A program made the position numbers and the translations under genes. Of a DNA stretch of 64,000 nucleotides, positions 1 to 13,565 are shown piece after piece. The stretch comes from Octopus vulgaris (Eukaryota), in NCBI GenBank assembly GCA_951406725.2, contig OX597824.1:80848001-80912000 (forward strand), in the 5' to 3' direction. The notes under the pieces were generated by a model that made no database searches, was not told the origin of the DNA, and was given only the letters and a program-made list of their open reading frames with translations. Numbering within the stretch: position 1 is the first letter of the stretch; each line of letters starts with the position of its first letter.

Positions 1-579
1 TATGCACACACATACACACTCATATATAAATACATATGTACATATATGTAAGAATAGGATTAGGACTATATATATATATATATTTATACACACGTATATA
101 AGAATATAGCTGGCCAGACATGGCTGACGTAACAGAAACATTCAAACATTTCTCCTTAATAAAACATTGAGCATTAAAACAACTGGTTGCGAATCGTCAG
201 ATCTTTGAGTGGTTTTATTCCACTTACATTTATGGTTCAATGAAAACAGCGAGCGATGCCTTATAGCTAGGTCGTTTTATTTAAATCGGTTAGGTGACCC
301 CTCAGTACATTTGTGCACTCAGCAAAGGTTCGGGTGTGGGCAACAACAAAAACATGCTGATATCTTAATGGATCTCTTTTGGTAATGGTAATGGTGGTGG
401 TAGTGGTGGTAACGATGGTAGGGGAAACAAAAAAAAAAAATCAAAGAGAAAAAAGAAAACTTCAAAGGGGTTATATGTTCCTAAACAATTGTTATATATA
501 TTGTAATGATTACTAACACAGACGTAAGACAAGTGATTTTAATGGAGGTTATCGTCAATAATATAATATAGCAAAGTGC

Positions 580-722
580 TGAATCGGAAGATTCATTAGA
601 GCGATAGATATAATACTTTGTGGCGTTTGTTCCGGATCTCTGCGTTCTGAGTTCAAATCATGTCGAGGTCAACTTTACTTTCATGCTTCCAGGTCGAATA
701 AATGAAATATCAGTCAAGTACT
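580..722 (+). mobile_element. Degraded tRNA-derived SINE, family A (Meta-domain-like)
   Basis: cgttctgagttcaaatcatgtcgaggtcaactttactttcat matches the better-preserved copies at 6544 and 40119. Confidence 0.55.
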
Positions 723-731
723 TTGCTCGCT

Positions 732-734
<3 letters not shown>

Positions 735-828
<94 letters not shown>

Positions 829-835
829 TCACACC
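735..835. repeat. (CT)n then (CA)n microsatellite
   Basis: Directly visible. Confidence 0.95.
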
Positions 836-856
836 CACACATTCACTCTTACTCAC

Positions 857-945
857 TCGCTTTTTCTTCTCTGCAAATGAGAAAAGATTTAAAGCGAAGC
901 GCTGGCAACATTCCTTCATAGAATCACTGATATGTTCCTTGGAAG
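857..945 (-). CDS. Candidate 89-nt internal exon of an unidentified host gene, (x)SKEHISDSMKECCQRFALNLFSFAEKKKR
   Basis: Pyrimidine tract with AG acceptor (ctccctttctttgtaag), GTGAGT donor; only the phase-1 frame is open; unique island between microsatellites. Confidence 0.45.
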
Positions 946-979
946 CTTACAAAGAAAGGGAGATGAAAAAGGCGGTAGA

Positions 980-1168
980 GGAGGAGGATGATGAAAAAAA
1001 GAAGGAGGAGGGAGAAGAGGTGGGGGGGTGAAGAAGCAGAAGAAAAAGAGGAAGAAGAAAAAGAGGGAGGAGGAGAAGAAGAAAAAAGTTGTGGACGAAG
1101 AAAAAGACGGACAGGAAGGAGAGGCAGAGAAAAAAAAGAAGAAGAAGAAGAAGAAGAAGAAGAAGAAG

Positions 1169-1198
<30 letters not shown>
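980..1198. repeat. Purine-rich low complexity ending in (GAA)n
   Basis: Directly visible. Confidence 0.9.
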
Positions 1199-1199
<1 letters not shown>

Positions 1200-1499
1200 G
1201 CAAATTTGACCACTGCCAGATTTGGAATCAGCGCAAAGGGCTGCGACTAAATAGGTTTTCTTCTGTTCCATTGCACACACACACACACACACACATGCAT
1301 TTATATATACATAATTATATACATGTATATATCGTATTTATACATACATACATACAGACAGAAACACACTCAGACACACACACACATAGATTAGTGGCAG
1401 ATATTTTCTGTATAGAATACACTTAGTAATGCTCAAGAGATTTGAACTTGAGCTGGAAGAGAAGTAAATGTAAGGATGAGCAAGTCAGGCAAGTCGATA

Positions 1500-1732
1500 C
1501 AGTAATCTCTTGCCATATCGCGGTTTACATATCACGATTCACTTATCGCGGTTTATCATTTAAGCTTCCGTCGATTCCGCCGTGGTGTTGTTTTGCGGTT
1601 ATAATAAAACAAATACATGCAAATTATAAAAATAATTTTAAAAATATGTACAGTACTGTTTCTACTTCGCAGATTTTCCCCTACGCGGGGTGGGTGTGCG
1701 GGGACTGTAGCAGCCGCGATAGTCAATTACTG
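1500..1732. mobile_element. Tigger/pogo-like MITE
   Basis: TA-CAGTAAT...ATTACTG-TA termini with TA TSD; related copy in opposite orientation at 21120-21356. Confidence 0.7.
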
Positions 1733-1807
1733 TATACAACAAAGTATTAAATACTTCTAATACAAAAAAATGTACATACGTATGCATATATAAAGAAATA
1801 AGGAACA

Positions 1808-2570
1808 TTAACACGCCGGGCATAATGTTTAGCGGTATTTCGTCTGCCGTTACGTTCTGAGTTCAAATTCCGCCTAGGTCGACTTTGCCTTTCATCCTTT
1901 CGGGGTCGATAAATTAAGAACCAGTTTCGCACTGGGATCGATATAATCGATTTAATCCGTTTGTCTGCCCTTGTTTGTCCTCTCTGTGTTTCACCCCTTG
2001 TGGGTAGTAAAGAAATAGGTATTTCGTCTACAGCTACGTTCTGAGTTCAAATTCCGCCTAGGTCGACTTTGCCTTTCATCCTTTCGGGGTCGATAAATTA
2101 AGTACCAACCGAGCACTGGGGTCGATATAATCGATTTAATCCGTTTGTCTGTCCTTGTTTGTCCGCTCTGTGTTTAGCCCCTTGTGGGTAGTAAAGAAAT
2201 AGATATTTCGTCTGCCGTTACGTTCTGAGTTAAAATTCCGCCGAGGTCTACTTTGTCTTTCATCCTTTCGGGGTCGATTAAATAAGTACCAGTTACGCAC
2301 TGAGGTCGATATAATCGACTTAATCCGTTTGTCTGTCCTTATTTGTCCCCTCTGTGTGTAGCCCCTTGTGGACAGTAAACTAGCCGGGCGAAATGTTTAG
2401 CGGTATTTAATCTGCCGCTACGTTGTGAGTTCAAATTCCGCCGAGGTCGACTTTGCCTTTCATCTTTTCGGGGTCGATAAATTAAGTACTAGTTCCGTAC
2501 TGGGGTCGATCTAATCGACTGGCCTCTACCCCCAAAATTTCGGGCCTTGTGCCTAGAGCAGAAAAGAATA
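1808..2570 (+). mobile_element. Tandem chain of four family-A SINE modules (~185-200 bp period)
   Basis: Repeated gtatttcgtctgccgttacgttctgagttcaaattccgcc..gtcgactttgcctttcatcctttcggggtcgat; B-box GAGTTCAAATTC; three 'A-tails' (ccgtttgtctgtcc) and a final 'B-tail' (aaatttcgggccttgtgcc). Confidence 0.85.
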
Positions 2571-2579
2571 AGCGCTGAT

Positions 2580-2990
2580 AGATCTTCGCACGATTTCGCT
2601 TTTACGCTTCTGTAAGCTCCCTTGGCACCCATCTCTTACAGACTATAGAAGAGAACCTAGTCGTAGATAATTTCGTACGTATAACGATGACTAATTTGTA
2701 GAGAATATGCCACCTCATCGATGGTTCGCCAGACCCATCTCTCGAGTTAGTTGAACCTTCACGTCAGAGGTGGAAGTTGATGGACGCCCTGCTCCCTCTT
2801 TGTGTTACACGCTTGTTCAGCCATTTTAAAACGTTTATATCTACTCGCACACTCCTCGATCAACTGCTACACACGGTAGAGCGCTGTCCCTGCATTGTAC
2901 TCAAAGACTACTAGGAATTTTAGCCACTGAAACATATTGAAACCACACAAATCGTATCACTTGCTGTATGTACACTGCCAGCGAATACTC
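2580..2990 (-). pseudogene. Degenerate mariner transposase N-terminal fragment
   Basis: Minus strand gives VCKRWVPRELTEA (mariner WVPxEL motif) and GAGRPSTST; multiple stops and frameshifts. Confidence 0.7.
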
Positions 2991-3358
2991 TTACTACTCT
3001 GTAACAAGAAATAAATCTGGAGCCATCTAGGTCAAACATCGTTTACATAACCACAAGTATGCCACTTTTTACTACCCGAAAAGAGCGCAGGACAAAGTTT
3101 TGGCAAAGTTGTGGATAACTTTTGATACATACATACATGCACGCACACATACATACATACATACATACATACATGCATACGTACATGCATGCATACACAG
3201 ATACATACATGCATACATGCATACATATATGCATACATGTGTACATATACTTATACATATATACATACACACACACACACACACACATATCTATATATAT
3301 ATATACATACATACATACATACATACATACAAACATACATACATACATACATACTTAC

Positions 3359-3390
<32 letters not shown>

Positions 3391-3393
3391 TTA

Positions 3394-3462
<69 letters not shown>

Positions 3463-3463
<1 letters not shown>

Positions 3464-3668
3464 GTTTATCCAAACATGAACAAAGAGAAAACACAACAAC
3501 GCGAGGACGTGGAACAAGCATAGTGTTATTGGACGCTCAGGAAAGGAACCAAAGGAGGAGGATTTAATATTTCTAGCGGAGCTCTTCGTCAGAAACATAG
3601 AGAAAGGAAAAGTCCAAGGAAGGGAAGACAGAGAAAAAAGATCGCCAACGATACACACTCGGTCACTT
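3463..3668 (-). mobile_element. Penelope-like terminal repeat fragment with minimal hammerhead-like core (3566-3596)
   Basis: Minus strand CTGACGA-agagctccgcta-GAAA-tatt; 3' end abuts (TA)n; same family at 32033, 41692 and ~55256. Confidence 0.6.
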
Positions 3669-3796
3669 GCTGAAATATATATATATATATATATACATAT
3701 ATTATGTGCATATTTTATACACACCTGCATATATCTTTCTCGCTTTTTCTCTATCTATGTCTCTCTCCCTCTATCCATCCATCTATCTATCTATCC

Positions 3797-3899
<103 letters not shown>

Positions 3900-4321
3900 A
3901 TATATATACATATATATATATATACACACACACATACTCTTACGCATATAAATACATTCAGACACACATTTGTAGAACTATTTATGTATGCATACATCTA
4001 CATATAAACCCATGTATTTGTGCGCTTATAAACACACACACAGACACACACACATATATATACACATTTATATACACATCCACTAAGGTTTAAACGCGCA
4101 TAGACGTTCTGTTTATTTACATGGAGGTATTGAAACATACCTCATTATCTCATTATCTCAGACATAAATTCCCCAGAGTATAAAACAACCTCGTCTGTAA
4201 CTGATCAACACTAATTATAATAGTAATTATCAAATAATAATGAAGGTAGTATATATACACAGAGACGGTAATATATTAGTGCAGTGTGACACTTCCGAGA
4301 CATTACGATAAGAATTACGAT

Positions 4322-5075
<754 letters not shown>

Positions 5076-5440
5076 AAAGACAGGGGCAATAAGTATCAGA
5101 CTTAAAAAAAAATTAAAAATAAATACTAAAATTCTTCAAGGTGGTGCCCCAGCATGGCCGCAGACCGATGCCTGTGACAAGTCAAAGATGAAAAGTAATA
5201 AAAAAAAAAAACAAATATAAAATATATTACGACATAAACGGAGAACACCTGGAAAAAGTTAAATAAAATCAATAACAATATAAAGGGACATAATAATTTT
5301 TGATTGAAACACAAGGCCAGCAATATCAATGGGTTGGAGTTGATTGATTATATTGACGCCAATATTTGATTAGTACTTTATTACGTCAATTCCGAGGTGA
5401 TGAAGGACAAGGATGAACTTGGCCAGGATTTGAACCCAGG

Positions 5441-5835
5441 AAGAGCAGTTGTGTGGTAAGTAGTTTGCTTACCAACCACATGGTTCTGGGTTCAGTCCCG
5501 CTGCGTGGCACCTTGGGCAAGTGTCTTCTACTATAGCCTCGGGCCAACTAAAGCCTTATGAGTGGATTTGGTAGATGGAAACTGAAAGAAGCCCGTCGTA
5601 TATATGTATATACATAGATATGTATGTGTGTCTGTGTTTGTCCCTCCAACATCTCTTGACAACCGATGCTGGTGTGTTTACGTCCCTGTCACCTAGTGGT
5701 TCGGTAAAAGAGACTGATAGAATTAGTACTAGGCTTAAAAGAATAAGTCCTGTGGTCGATTTGCTCGACTAAAGATGATGTTCCAGCATGGCCGCAGTCA
5801 AATGACTGAAACAAGTAAAAGAGTAAAAGAGTAAA
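5441..5835 (+). mobile_element. tRNA-derived SINE, family B (CORE-like), full length
   Basis: Head tgtgtggtaagtag..ggttcagtccc, accttgggcaagtgtctt, internal TA/TG tract, (gtaaaaga)n tail; many copies in the window. Confidence 0.8.
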
Positions 5836-5999
5836 GCCGGAAAGAATATCGCAAAAAGCATTTTGCGCGACGCTCTATTCTGCTGCCAAATCCACCAATT
5901 TTAATAGTGATTATGATGATGATGCTGATAATGATGATGATGACAACGACGACACAAATGGTTCAAATTTCGACACAAAGCTAGCAATTTTAGGTAAGG

Positions 6000-6189
6000 A
6001 TTTTACAAGGATATCGGGAAAGGCTTGGTTAGAGGCCCAAACCTCTGAGTTCTTTTACAGGTCTTCGAAAAACTGAAGGACCGATGCTGTTAGTGGGAGA
6101 ATCTAAGAGAGGAACATAATGAATAAAATCGTAATTAACTGATCCGCCTGTATTTTATTTTAAGCCAAGAACTTTTCAGTATACCTCGT
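6000..6189 (+). mobile_element. Mariner-derived MITE, partial
   Basis: aagccaagaacttttcagtatacctcg terminal repeat; homologous to 57560-57778 in opposite orientation. Confidence 0.55.
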
Positions 6190-6543
6190 CTATATCTGTG
6201 TGTGTATGGACGTGTGTGTGTGTTTGTTTGTCCATCCTCCAGTGCTTGTCAACCGGTGTTAATTTCTTTATCTCTGCATAACGTAGAGGTTCGACAGAGG
6301 GGTTCAACAGAATAAGTACCAAACGTTGAAAATCAAATAATGGGGACGATGAGTTCGACTAAACCCTTCAAGGCGCTGCTCCAGCATGACCGCAATCTAC
6401 TGACTGAAACAATTAAAAGATAACTGAGAAAACATCAGAAAAAGAGAAAAAAGAATCGAGATCTGTTTACAGAAAATAAAAAGGGACACAGAAGAGAAAA
6501 AGGGATCAGCAAAGTTGATGTAGTAAGAATAAGAAGGTTCTGA

Positions 6544-6773
6544 AGGCGGCGAGCTGGCAGAAACGTTAGCACGCCGGGCGAAATGCCTAGCAGTATTTCG
6601 TCTGTCTTTAGGTTCCGAGTTCAAATTCCGCCGAGGTCGACTTTGCCTTTCATCCTTTCGGGGTCGATAAATTAATTACCAGTTACGCACTGGGGTCGAT
6701 GTAATCGACTTAATCCCTTTGTCTGTCCTTGTTTGTCCCCTCTCTGTTTAGCTCCCTGTGGGCAATAAAGAAA
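6544..6773 (+). mobile_element. Family-A SINE monomer with perfect 20-bp TSD
   Basis: TSD taagaataagaaggttctga at 6524-6543 and 6774-6793; A-box tggcagaaacgtt, B-box gagttcaaattc. Confidence 0.9.
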
Positions 6774-6923
6774 TAAGAATAAGAAGGTTCTGAGAATAGC
6801 ACGGATTAAAAAATATATTTAAGAATAAGAAGAGCTTGAGCATGGGATGGATCTATTGTAAGATTTATTAAGAGATTGAATGAATTCCTTACATCGTCAC
6901 TGATGAGCTGAGCAAGTATATTG

Positions 6924-7326
6924 TTTTCAATGTTTGGAAGAAAGCCAGTTATTTTTGAGGAGGTGTACATCGATCCCAGTGTCCAAATAGTACCAATTTT
7001 ATCGACTCAGATGGAATTTGAACTTAGAAGTAAAGGCAAACGAAATGCTGCTAAACATTTTTCCCGGCGTGCTTACGATTCTGCCAGCTCCTTGCCTTAT
7101 CCTGAGCAAGTACATTGATTTCAAATTTAGCCACAGGGCCAACAATATTGGAAAGAAGGTAAGTCGATTAGATCGACCTAGTGATCAACTGGTACTTATT
7201 CTATCAGCTCCTAAAGAATGAAAGACAAAGTCACCCACGGTTGGATTTCAGCTCATAACGTAGATACCGACAATATGCCGTTAAACATTCTGCCTGGCGT
7301 GCTTACGAATCTGCCATCTTACCCCC
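6924..7326 (-). mobile_element. Two older family-A SINE copies
   Basis: ggaatttgaact...cggcgtgcttacgattctgccagctc motifs at ~6930-7100 and ~7120-7326. Confidence 0.7.
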
Positions 7327-7347
7327 TTGTGTTGAGCATAGTAAATT

Positions 7348-7917
7348 GTTTTCTACTCTAGGTGCAAGGCCCGAAATTTTGGGGGAGGATTTCAGTCGAT
7401 TAGATCGACCCCAGTACTCATCTGGTACTTAATTTATCGACCCCGAAAGAATGAAAAGCAAAGTCGACCTCGGCGGAATCTGAACTCAGAACGTAACGGC
7501 AGACGAAATACTTATTTCTCTACTACCCACAAGGGGCTAAACACAGAGAGGACAAACAAGGACAGACAACGGATTAAGTCGATTATATGGAACCCCAGTG
7601 CGTAACTAATACTTAATTTTTTGACCCCGAAAGGATGAAAGGCAAAGTCGACCTCGGCGGAATTTTAACTCAGAACGTAACGGCAGACGAAATACCTAAT
7701 TCTTTATTACCTACAAGGGGCCAAAAATAGAGGGGACAAACATAGGTATTAAGTCGATTGCATTGAACCCAGTGCGTTACTGGTGCTTATTTAATCGACC
7801 CCGAAATGATGAAAGGCAAAGTCGACCTCGGTGAAATTTGAACTCAGAACGTAACGGCAGACGAAATACGGCTATGCATTTCGCCCGGCGTGCTAACGTT
7901 TCTGCCAGCTCATCGTT
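7348..7917 (-). mobile_element. Family-A SINE trimer
   Basis: Three modules; flanking ~21-bp direct repeat ttgtgYtgagcatagtaWatt at 7327 and 7918. Confidence 0.85.
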
Positions 7918-8646
7918 TTGTGCTGAGCATAGTATATTAAGCACTCTATGAGAAATCAGCAAGCAATTTGGCAGACATATACAAAAGGGAGAATTATAAA
8001 AGAGTAACTCCTATTTGTATTGTATGGAAGGAGTATGTTCCCTAATACAACTCGTATTCCGTCGCGCAATTGGAGCTTTAACGGGCATCTTGATCTAGAC
8101 GTGACTGCGATTCAAATGTAGGGGAGAATAATCAAATAAATTTGAATGTGAACGACCTTGAGTTGTACACTTCAATGACTCTCTGTTAAAATTACTACTG
8201 CAGACAGTAAGCGGATTTACTAGATGAATTGATACGAGAATTGGATTAGAAAATGGTGCCAAGACAGTAAATTTGAAGAGAAATCTTAATTAAGAACGCT
8301 AATAAAATTCTCGATTAAAAATATAAAATAAAGATAAGAGAATTAGTGCAACACAGATGTAAAATTACTTAGTGGTATTAATGAGCTATGGAAAAGTTTA
8401 GAGAGTAATATGAAACAATATTGTAACAGAGTTAAATAATAAGAACTTATGGTGATAAAATATACGCTGAGAGTCGTAAAAATAAAAGGTTCTGATTAAG
8501 AAACTGTGCCAAGGCGAAGCAAACGTGAAGAGAAAAATTAAGAAACCTAATAATATTCTAGAATTGCGAAAAAGAAACAAAAACAGATAAAAGAAAAAGA
8601 TTTAATAGAGATAAGAGAATTAGACTAACAGAGAGATACAATCATT

Positions 8647-9457
8647 CTTTTCTACTCTAGGCACAAGGCCTGAAATTTTTTGGGGAGGGGGGTCAGTCGA
8701 TTAGATCGAGTCAAGTACGCAATTGGTACTTAATTTATCGACCCCGGAAGAACGAAAGGCAAAGTCGACGTCGGTGGAATTAGAACTCAGAACGTAACGG
8801 CAGACGAAATACCTATTTCTATTTCTTTACTACCCACAAGGGGCTGAACACAGAGATGACAAACAAGGACAGACAAACGGATTAAGTCGATTACATCGAC
8901 CCCAGTACTCATCTGGTACTTATTTAATCGATCCCGAAAAGATGAAAGGCAAAGTCGACGTCGGTGGAATTTGAACTCAGAACATAATGAGAGGAGAAAT
9001 ACCGATTTCTTTACTACCCACAGAGATGACAAACAAGGACAGACGAACGGATTAAGTCGATAATATCGACCTCAGTGCGTAACTGGTACTTATTTAATAG
9101 AACCCGAAAGGATGAAAGGCAAAGTCGACCTCGGTGAAATTTGAACTCAGAACGTAAAGGCAGACGAAATACCTATTTCTTTATTACCCACAAGGTGCTA
9201 AACACAGAGAGGACAAACAAGGACAGATAAACGGACTAAGTCGATTCTATCGACTCCAGTGCGTAACTGGTATTTAATTAATCGACCCCGAAAGGATGAA
9301 AGGCAAAGTCGATCTCGGCGGAATTTGAACTGAGAACGTAACGGCAGACAAAATACCTATTTCCTTATTACCCACAAGGGGCTAAACACAGAACGTAACG
9401 GCGGACGAAATACCGCTTAGCATTTCGCCTGCCGTGCTAACGATTCTGCCAGCTCGC
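8647..9457 (-). mobile_element. Family-A SINE multimer (four full modules plus a short head piece) with TSD
   Basis: TSD agagatacaatYatt at 8632-8646 and 9458-9472. Confidence 0.85.
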
Positions 9458-9702
9458 AGAGATACAATTATTAAGAAGTTAATAAACTAGTCTGATTACA
9501 AAAATTTACAAAATACGTAAATGAAGGAAAAGGTTAAGAAGTGTTAATTACATACGTATTACATTATTACAAAGCTAAATGATAATGAAAAAAAAATGCT
9601 GTGATAAGTAGCAGAACATTAGCTTTCCTAAGAATAAATTATACGGATAAGAAATGTGCCAAAGAGAAGTAAATTTGAAGAAGAATCTTAATTAAGTATT
9701 CT

Positions 9703-9881
9703 ACTCTTTTACGCTTTTACTCTTTTATTTGTTTCAGTCATTTGACTGTGGCCATGCTGGAGCACCGCCTTTTGTCGAGCAAATCGACCCCAAGACTTAC
9801 GGGGACATAAACACACCTGCATCGGTATCAAACGATGTTGGGGAAACAAACACAGACGCACAAACATATACACACACACAT

Positions 9882-9927
<46 letters not shown>

Positions 9928-10074
9928 GACGGGCTTCTTTCAGTTTCCGTCTACCAAATCCACTTCCAAGGCCCGAGGCTATAGTAGAAGGCACTTGCCC
10001 AAGGTGCCACGCAGTGGGACTGAACTCAGAACCATGTGGTTCGTAAGCAAGCTACTTACCACACAGCCACTCCT
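9703..10074 (-). mobile_element. Family-B SINE
   Basis: Reverse complement of the 5441 element, with internal (CA)/(TA) tract. Confidence 0.8.
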
Positions 10075-10429
10075 AAAAGAAAGAGAAACGATATAAAGGA
10101 AGATTTAACTAGCACAGAATTCCAAGTACGTTCTTAAGCGCTTCTATCCCTATAGGGCATAGGCCATCGACGACTGTTATCGACCCTGGGAAGGTCTTCC
10201 ACTCCCGGAGTTCTGAAATGTTATCATTGCTTTAATAACTTTACTCCTTATCCTTGGGTAGAGGTGATCCATATTAGTCTGGCCTCTATCCTTGCGAGTT
10301 GAGCGGCATGGGGATCTCTGGCGAGGTCTTGCGCTCCTCTGGCACAGCACTCAGTGCCACTGAGGCGCACAAACGACATCACTGAAACAAAGACTGGGCC
10401 TGGTAGGGAAACTTCTAAGTAATTAGAAA

Positions 10430-10637
10430 TTGATTTCAAATTTTGGTAAAAGGCCCGAAATTTCGGGGGAGGGGCCAGTCGATTAGATCGAACAAGTACG
10501 CAACTGGTACTTAATTTATCGACCCCGAAAGTATAAAAGGCAAAGTCGACCTCGGCGGAATTTGAACTCTGAACGTTAAGTCGAAAGAAATGCAAATAAG
10601 CATATTTTCCAGCGCGGTAACGACTCTGCCAGCTCGC
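10430..10637 (-). mobile_element. Family-A SINE monomer with B-tail
   Basis: ggcccgaaatttc...gcaaagtcgacctcggcggaatttgaactc...ctgccagctcgc. Confidence 0.8.
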
Positions 10638-10727
10638 TAACTTAGTTACAGGCAATATTGGACCTACATTATATTAGTACTCAGAACAGAGAGTTAAAAT
10701 AATAATAATGATAATAATAATAATAAC

Positions 10728-10789
<62 letters not shown>

Positions 10790-11326
10790 TAATAATAATA
10801 AATGAAGTAATTGGCATCATTACAATGACTGTCCTAAAAATAAGTTACTGTTATTATATTCTAAAGTCGAAGCTTAACCGAACTCGCAAGACTAGACGAA
10901 AAAAAATACAAGAAAAATAATGACCTCATTTTCGCATACACCAGTATATATGGGAGATAGAAAGATCATATTTACTAAAGGGGTAAGTGCAAGGGAGTAG
11001 GGGGTGTTAAGTAACTAGGAAACTATTATAAAATATCCACTGTAGGTCTATAAAAATAACTAATAATGAATAAGGGGAAACTTATACAAACAGCTACAAA
11101 ATACGGACAAAACAACAAATTGTTCTCTCTGTTTTCAAGGGAATGAACAAATACGAAACAGATGCTGAAATGACAGACAGTTGTGAGGAAAGAGAAGGAA
11201 CAACAACAGATGCATACAACAGATAAAGAGTATTACTCCGTGCTCCGCTTCAGTTTTTTAAAGGGTAGATATCAAAGTTGTCTCCCGTGTATTTTTGATC
11301 AGAATTAATTATTTAAAGTTAATTTT

Positions 11327-11960
11327 CATCATCATCATCATCATCATCATTGTTCGACCGTGGTCAAGACAATGCAATTTACTATGCTACGCCAGACTTC
11401 ACGGTCCATCATAGCATTACGGAGGTCCTGTTGCTGGATGCCTGTATCCCTGGAGATTACATCGGGTAGGAGAGTGTGAGCCCTCTGGTATCGCGAGTAG
11501 ATGGGTTCCAGAGGAGAAGAGTAGAAATTGCCTCGTTTTCAGCTCTACAACAATGTCCAGCAAACTGGACTCTCCTACCTTTCACAAGAGATGACACAGG
11601 TGGTAGTTTCCCATGTATTTGCATTTTGGTTGAATGACGCTTCCACGAAAGATTTTGAGCTCTCATAAAGAGACGAGTGTAGGTTCCATCCAACCGCCTC
11701 TCAAGCTTAATTGATAACATCCAGGTTTCTGAGCCATACAGTAGAATTGGTTCGACTGTGGCTTTGAAGATTTTAAGTTTGAAGTCTCTACTTAGATTTG
11801 ATGACCAGATCTTATGCATATTACAGGCTGACCAGGCTATACCCTTTCTAGTTAGAAGATCTTTTCTAGATGATGATATGTATGACCCAAGATATTTGTA
11901 ATCAGAAACCATATTTAAGGGCGTATTGTTGAGAGTATGGATGATGCAATCGTTTTCATC
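11327..11960 (-). mobile_element. RTE-group LINE, 3' fragment (RT C-terminal region)
   Basis: YKYLGS..PILLYGSETW..LDGTYTRL..RRVQFAGHC motifs; (GAT)n tail; same family at 28533. Confidence 0.85.
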
Positions 11961-12607
11961 ATACCAAGTTCGACTTGGTCACTGACGCAATTCCACCGCT
12001 ATGTCAGTCACCGGGTTGCAGTTGGTGCAACGAAAATTCTAACCCTATGTAATAAATGTTTAAGTGAAGTTAACAGTGCTTCGCATGTATTTGAGTAGCT
12101 AATATGTCTTCCACACTGTAACTGTTTTAAAAAGTGTATATTAGCGACAGAGGCAGGTAATTACTACCGATAGATAATATTTAGTCTCACTTAAACTTGG
12201 ATGCTCTGCTAGAACAAGCTATACTGAACACAATTCTCATATTCGCTTTTGGTGCAAAATGCATGGTCGTTTGTTCCTATTGCCAGCAGGGAGATAAATC
12301 TCCCACCATCTCCAGCGCTGAGACCACCAGATCACATAATTTCGACCTCCTTTGGTCTCATCAGTGATGGACGCTCGGCGGCTAGATATAGCAGCGTCTC
12401 ATCTGCCAGCTAGGGATATACTGAAAATGCGTGTAATTGTTTCAGGTTCATCACACAGTTGCAGATCAAATGACTTGCCTGGCGAGGACACTTGCGAGAA
12501 TTTATATTTCTTTTACATTTATTTCCTAACAGATTCTTTCTTTACTTTATTGCAAGTATGATAGGATCTTTGACTTTGCTGATGAGAACATACTTTCAGA
12601 ATTTTAG

Positions 12608-12830
12608 ACCCCTTCGGTCATGAATGACTATGGGGTTGCACCCAGAGAGTTACTCTCCGAGGCACAAGTTCGGGTAAGGTTGTTTATAGAAGACCAGCAG
12701 CCGCTTATGCATACCACCTCCCCTCTGCACGCCACCGATGGTATCCAAGGAAAAAAACAAAGGCCGATACAGTTTGGCACCAGCGACGTCGTAACTAATT
12801 TCTATAGATGAAGGAACCGGAGCAACGATA
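12608..12830 (-). mobile_element. Family-C SINE, 3' part
   Basis: Homologous to 16207-16430. Confidence 0.7.
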
Positions 12831-13235
12831 GAATAAGTACAAGGCTTACAAAGAATAAGTCCTAGGGTCGATTTGCTCGACTAAAGGTGGTGCTCCATCA
12901 TGGCCACAGTCAAATTACTGAAACAAGTAAAAGAGTATACGATCAATATTATTATATCTAATTCGGAAATTAGTTGCGAAAGCCCGTGCCTCAGTGATTA
13001 CAGCATCGGGCTCACAATCATGAAGTCGTGCGCTCGATTCCCGGACCGGGCTGTGTGGTGTGTTCTTGAAACAGTGTGTTGACAATGATGGGAAGCATTT
13101 AGCTGACTTAATTTTTAAAACTTAATGAAATAAAATTGCATTATATGTATATTCAGAAAATAAAATTTTTCTTTTCATTATTTCTTATTTTCTCCAAATG
13201 TGTCAGATCATTTTGGTCAACCCTGTGTGTGTGTC

Positions 13236-13281
<46 letters not shown>

Positions 13282-13565
13282 CAACAATTGAGGGTAAAAT
13301 TAATTAATTAATTAATCAATTTCACCAAGTATTCAGTATACAAAGGGACCATTTAAGGCGAATTCAAATTATTACATTATATAAAAGGGCTTAGTAAAAT
13401 AAATTACTTTGCCGCATACTGAACTCATTAGAAATAGCAGCTAAAAAACTTTTTTAAAAACTATTTCCAATACTTAAAGAAAACCTCTCTCATATAGTGT
13501 TTGCTCAATTCAACTCACAAAAGTATGGGGGTAGAGACATTAAAAAATCAAATGCAAAGGTTATT

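Noticed and set aside
1808-2570. CRISPR-like appearance of regularly repeated motifs (also 8647 and 40119)
   Set aside because: Whole ~185-bp units repeat with no unique spacers, there are no cas genes, and the units are SINE modules
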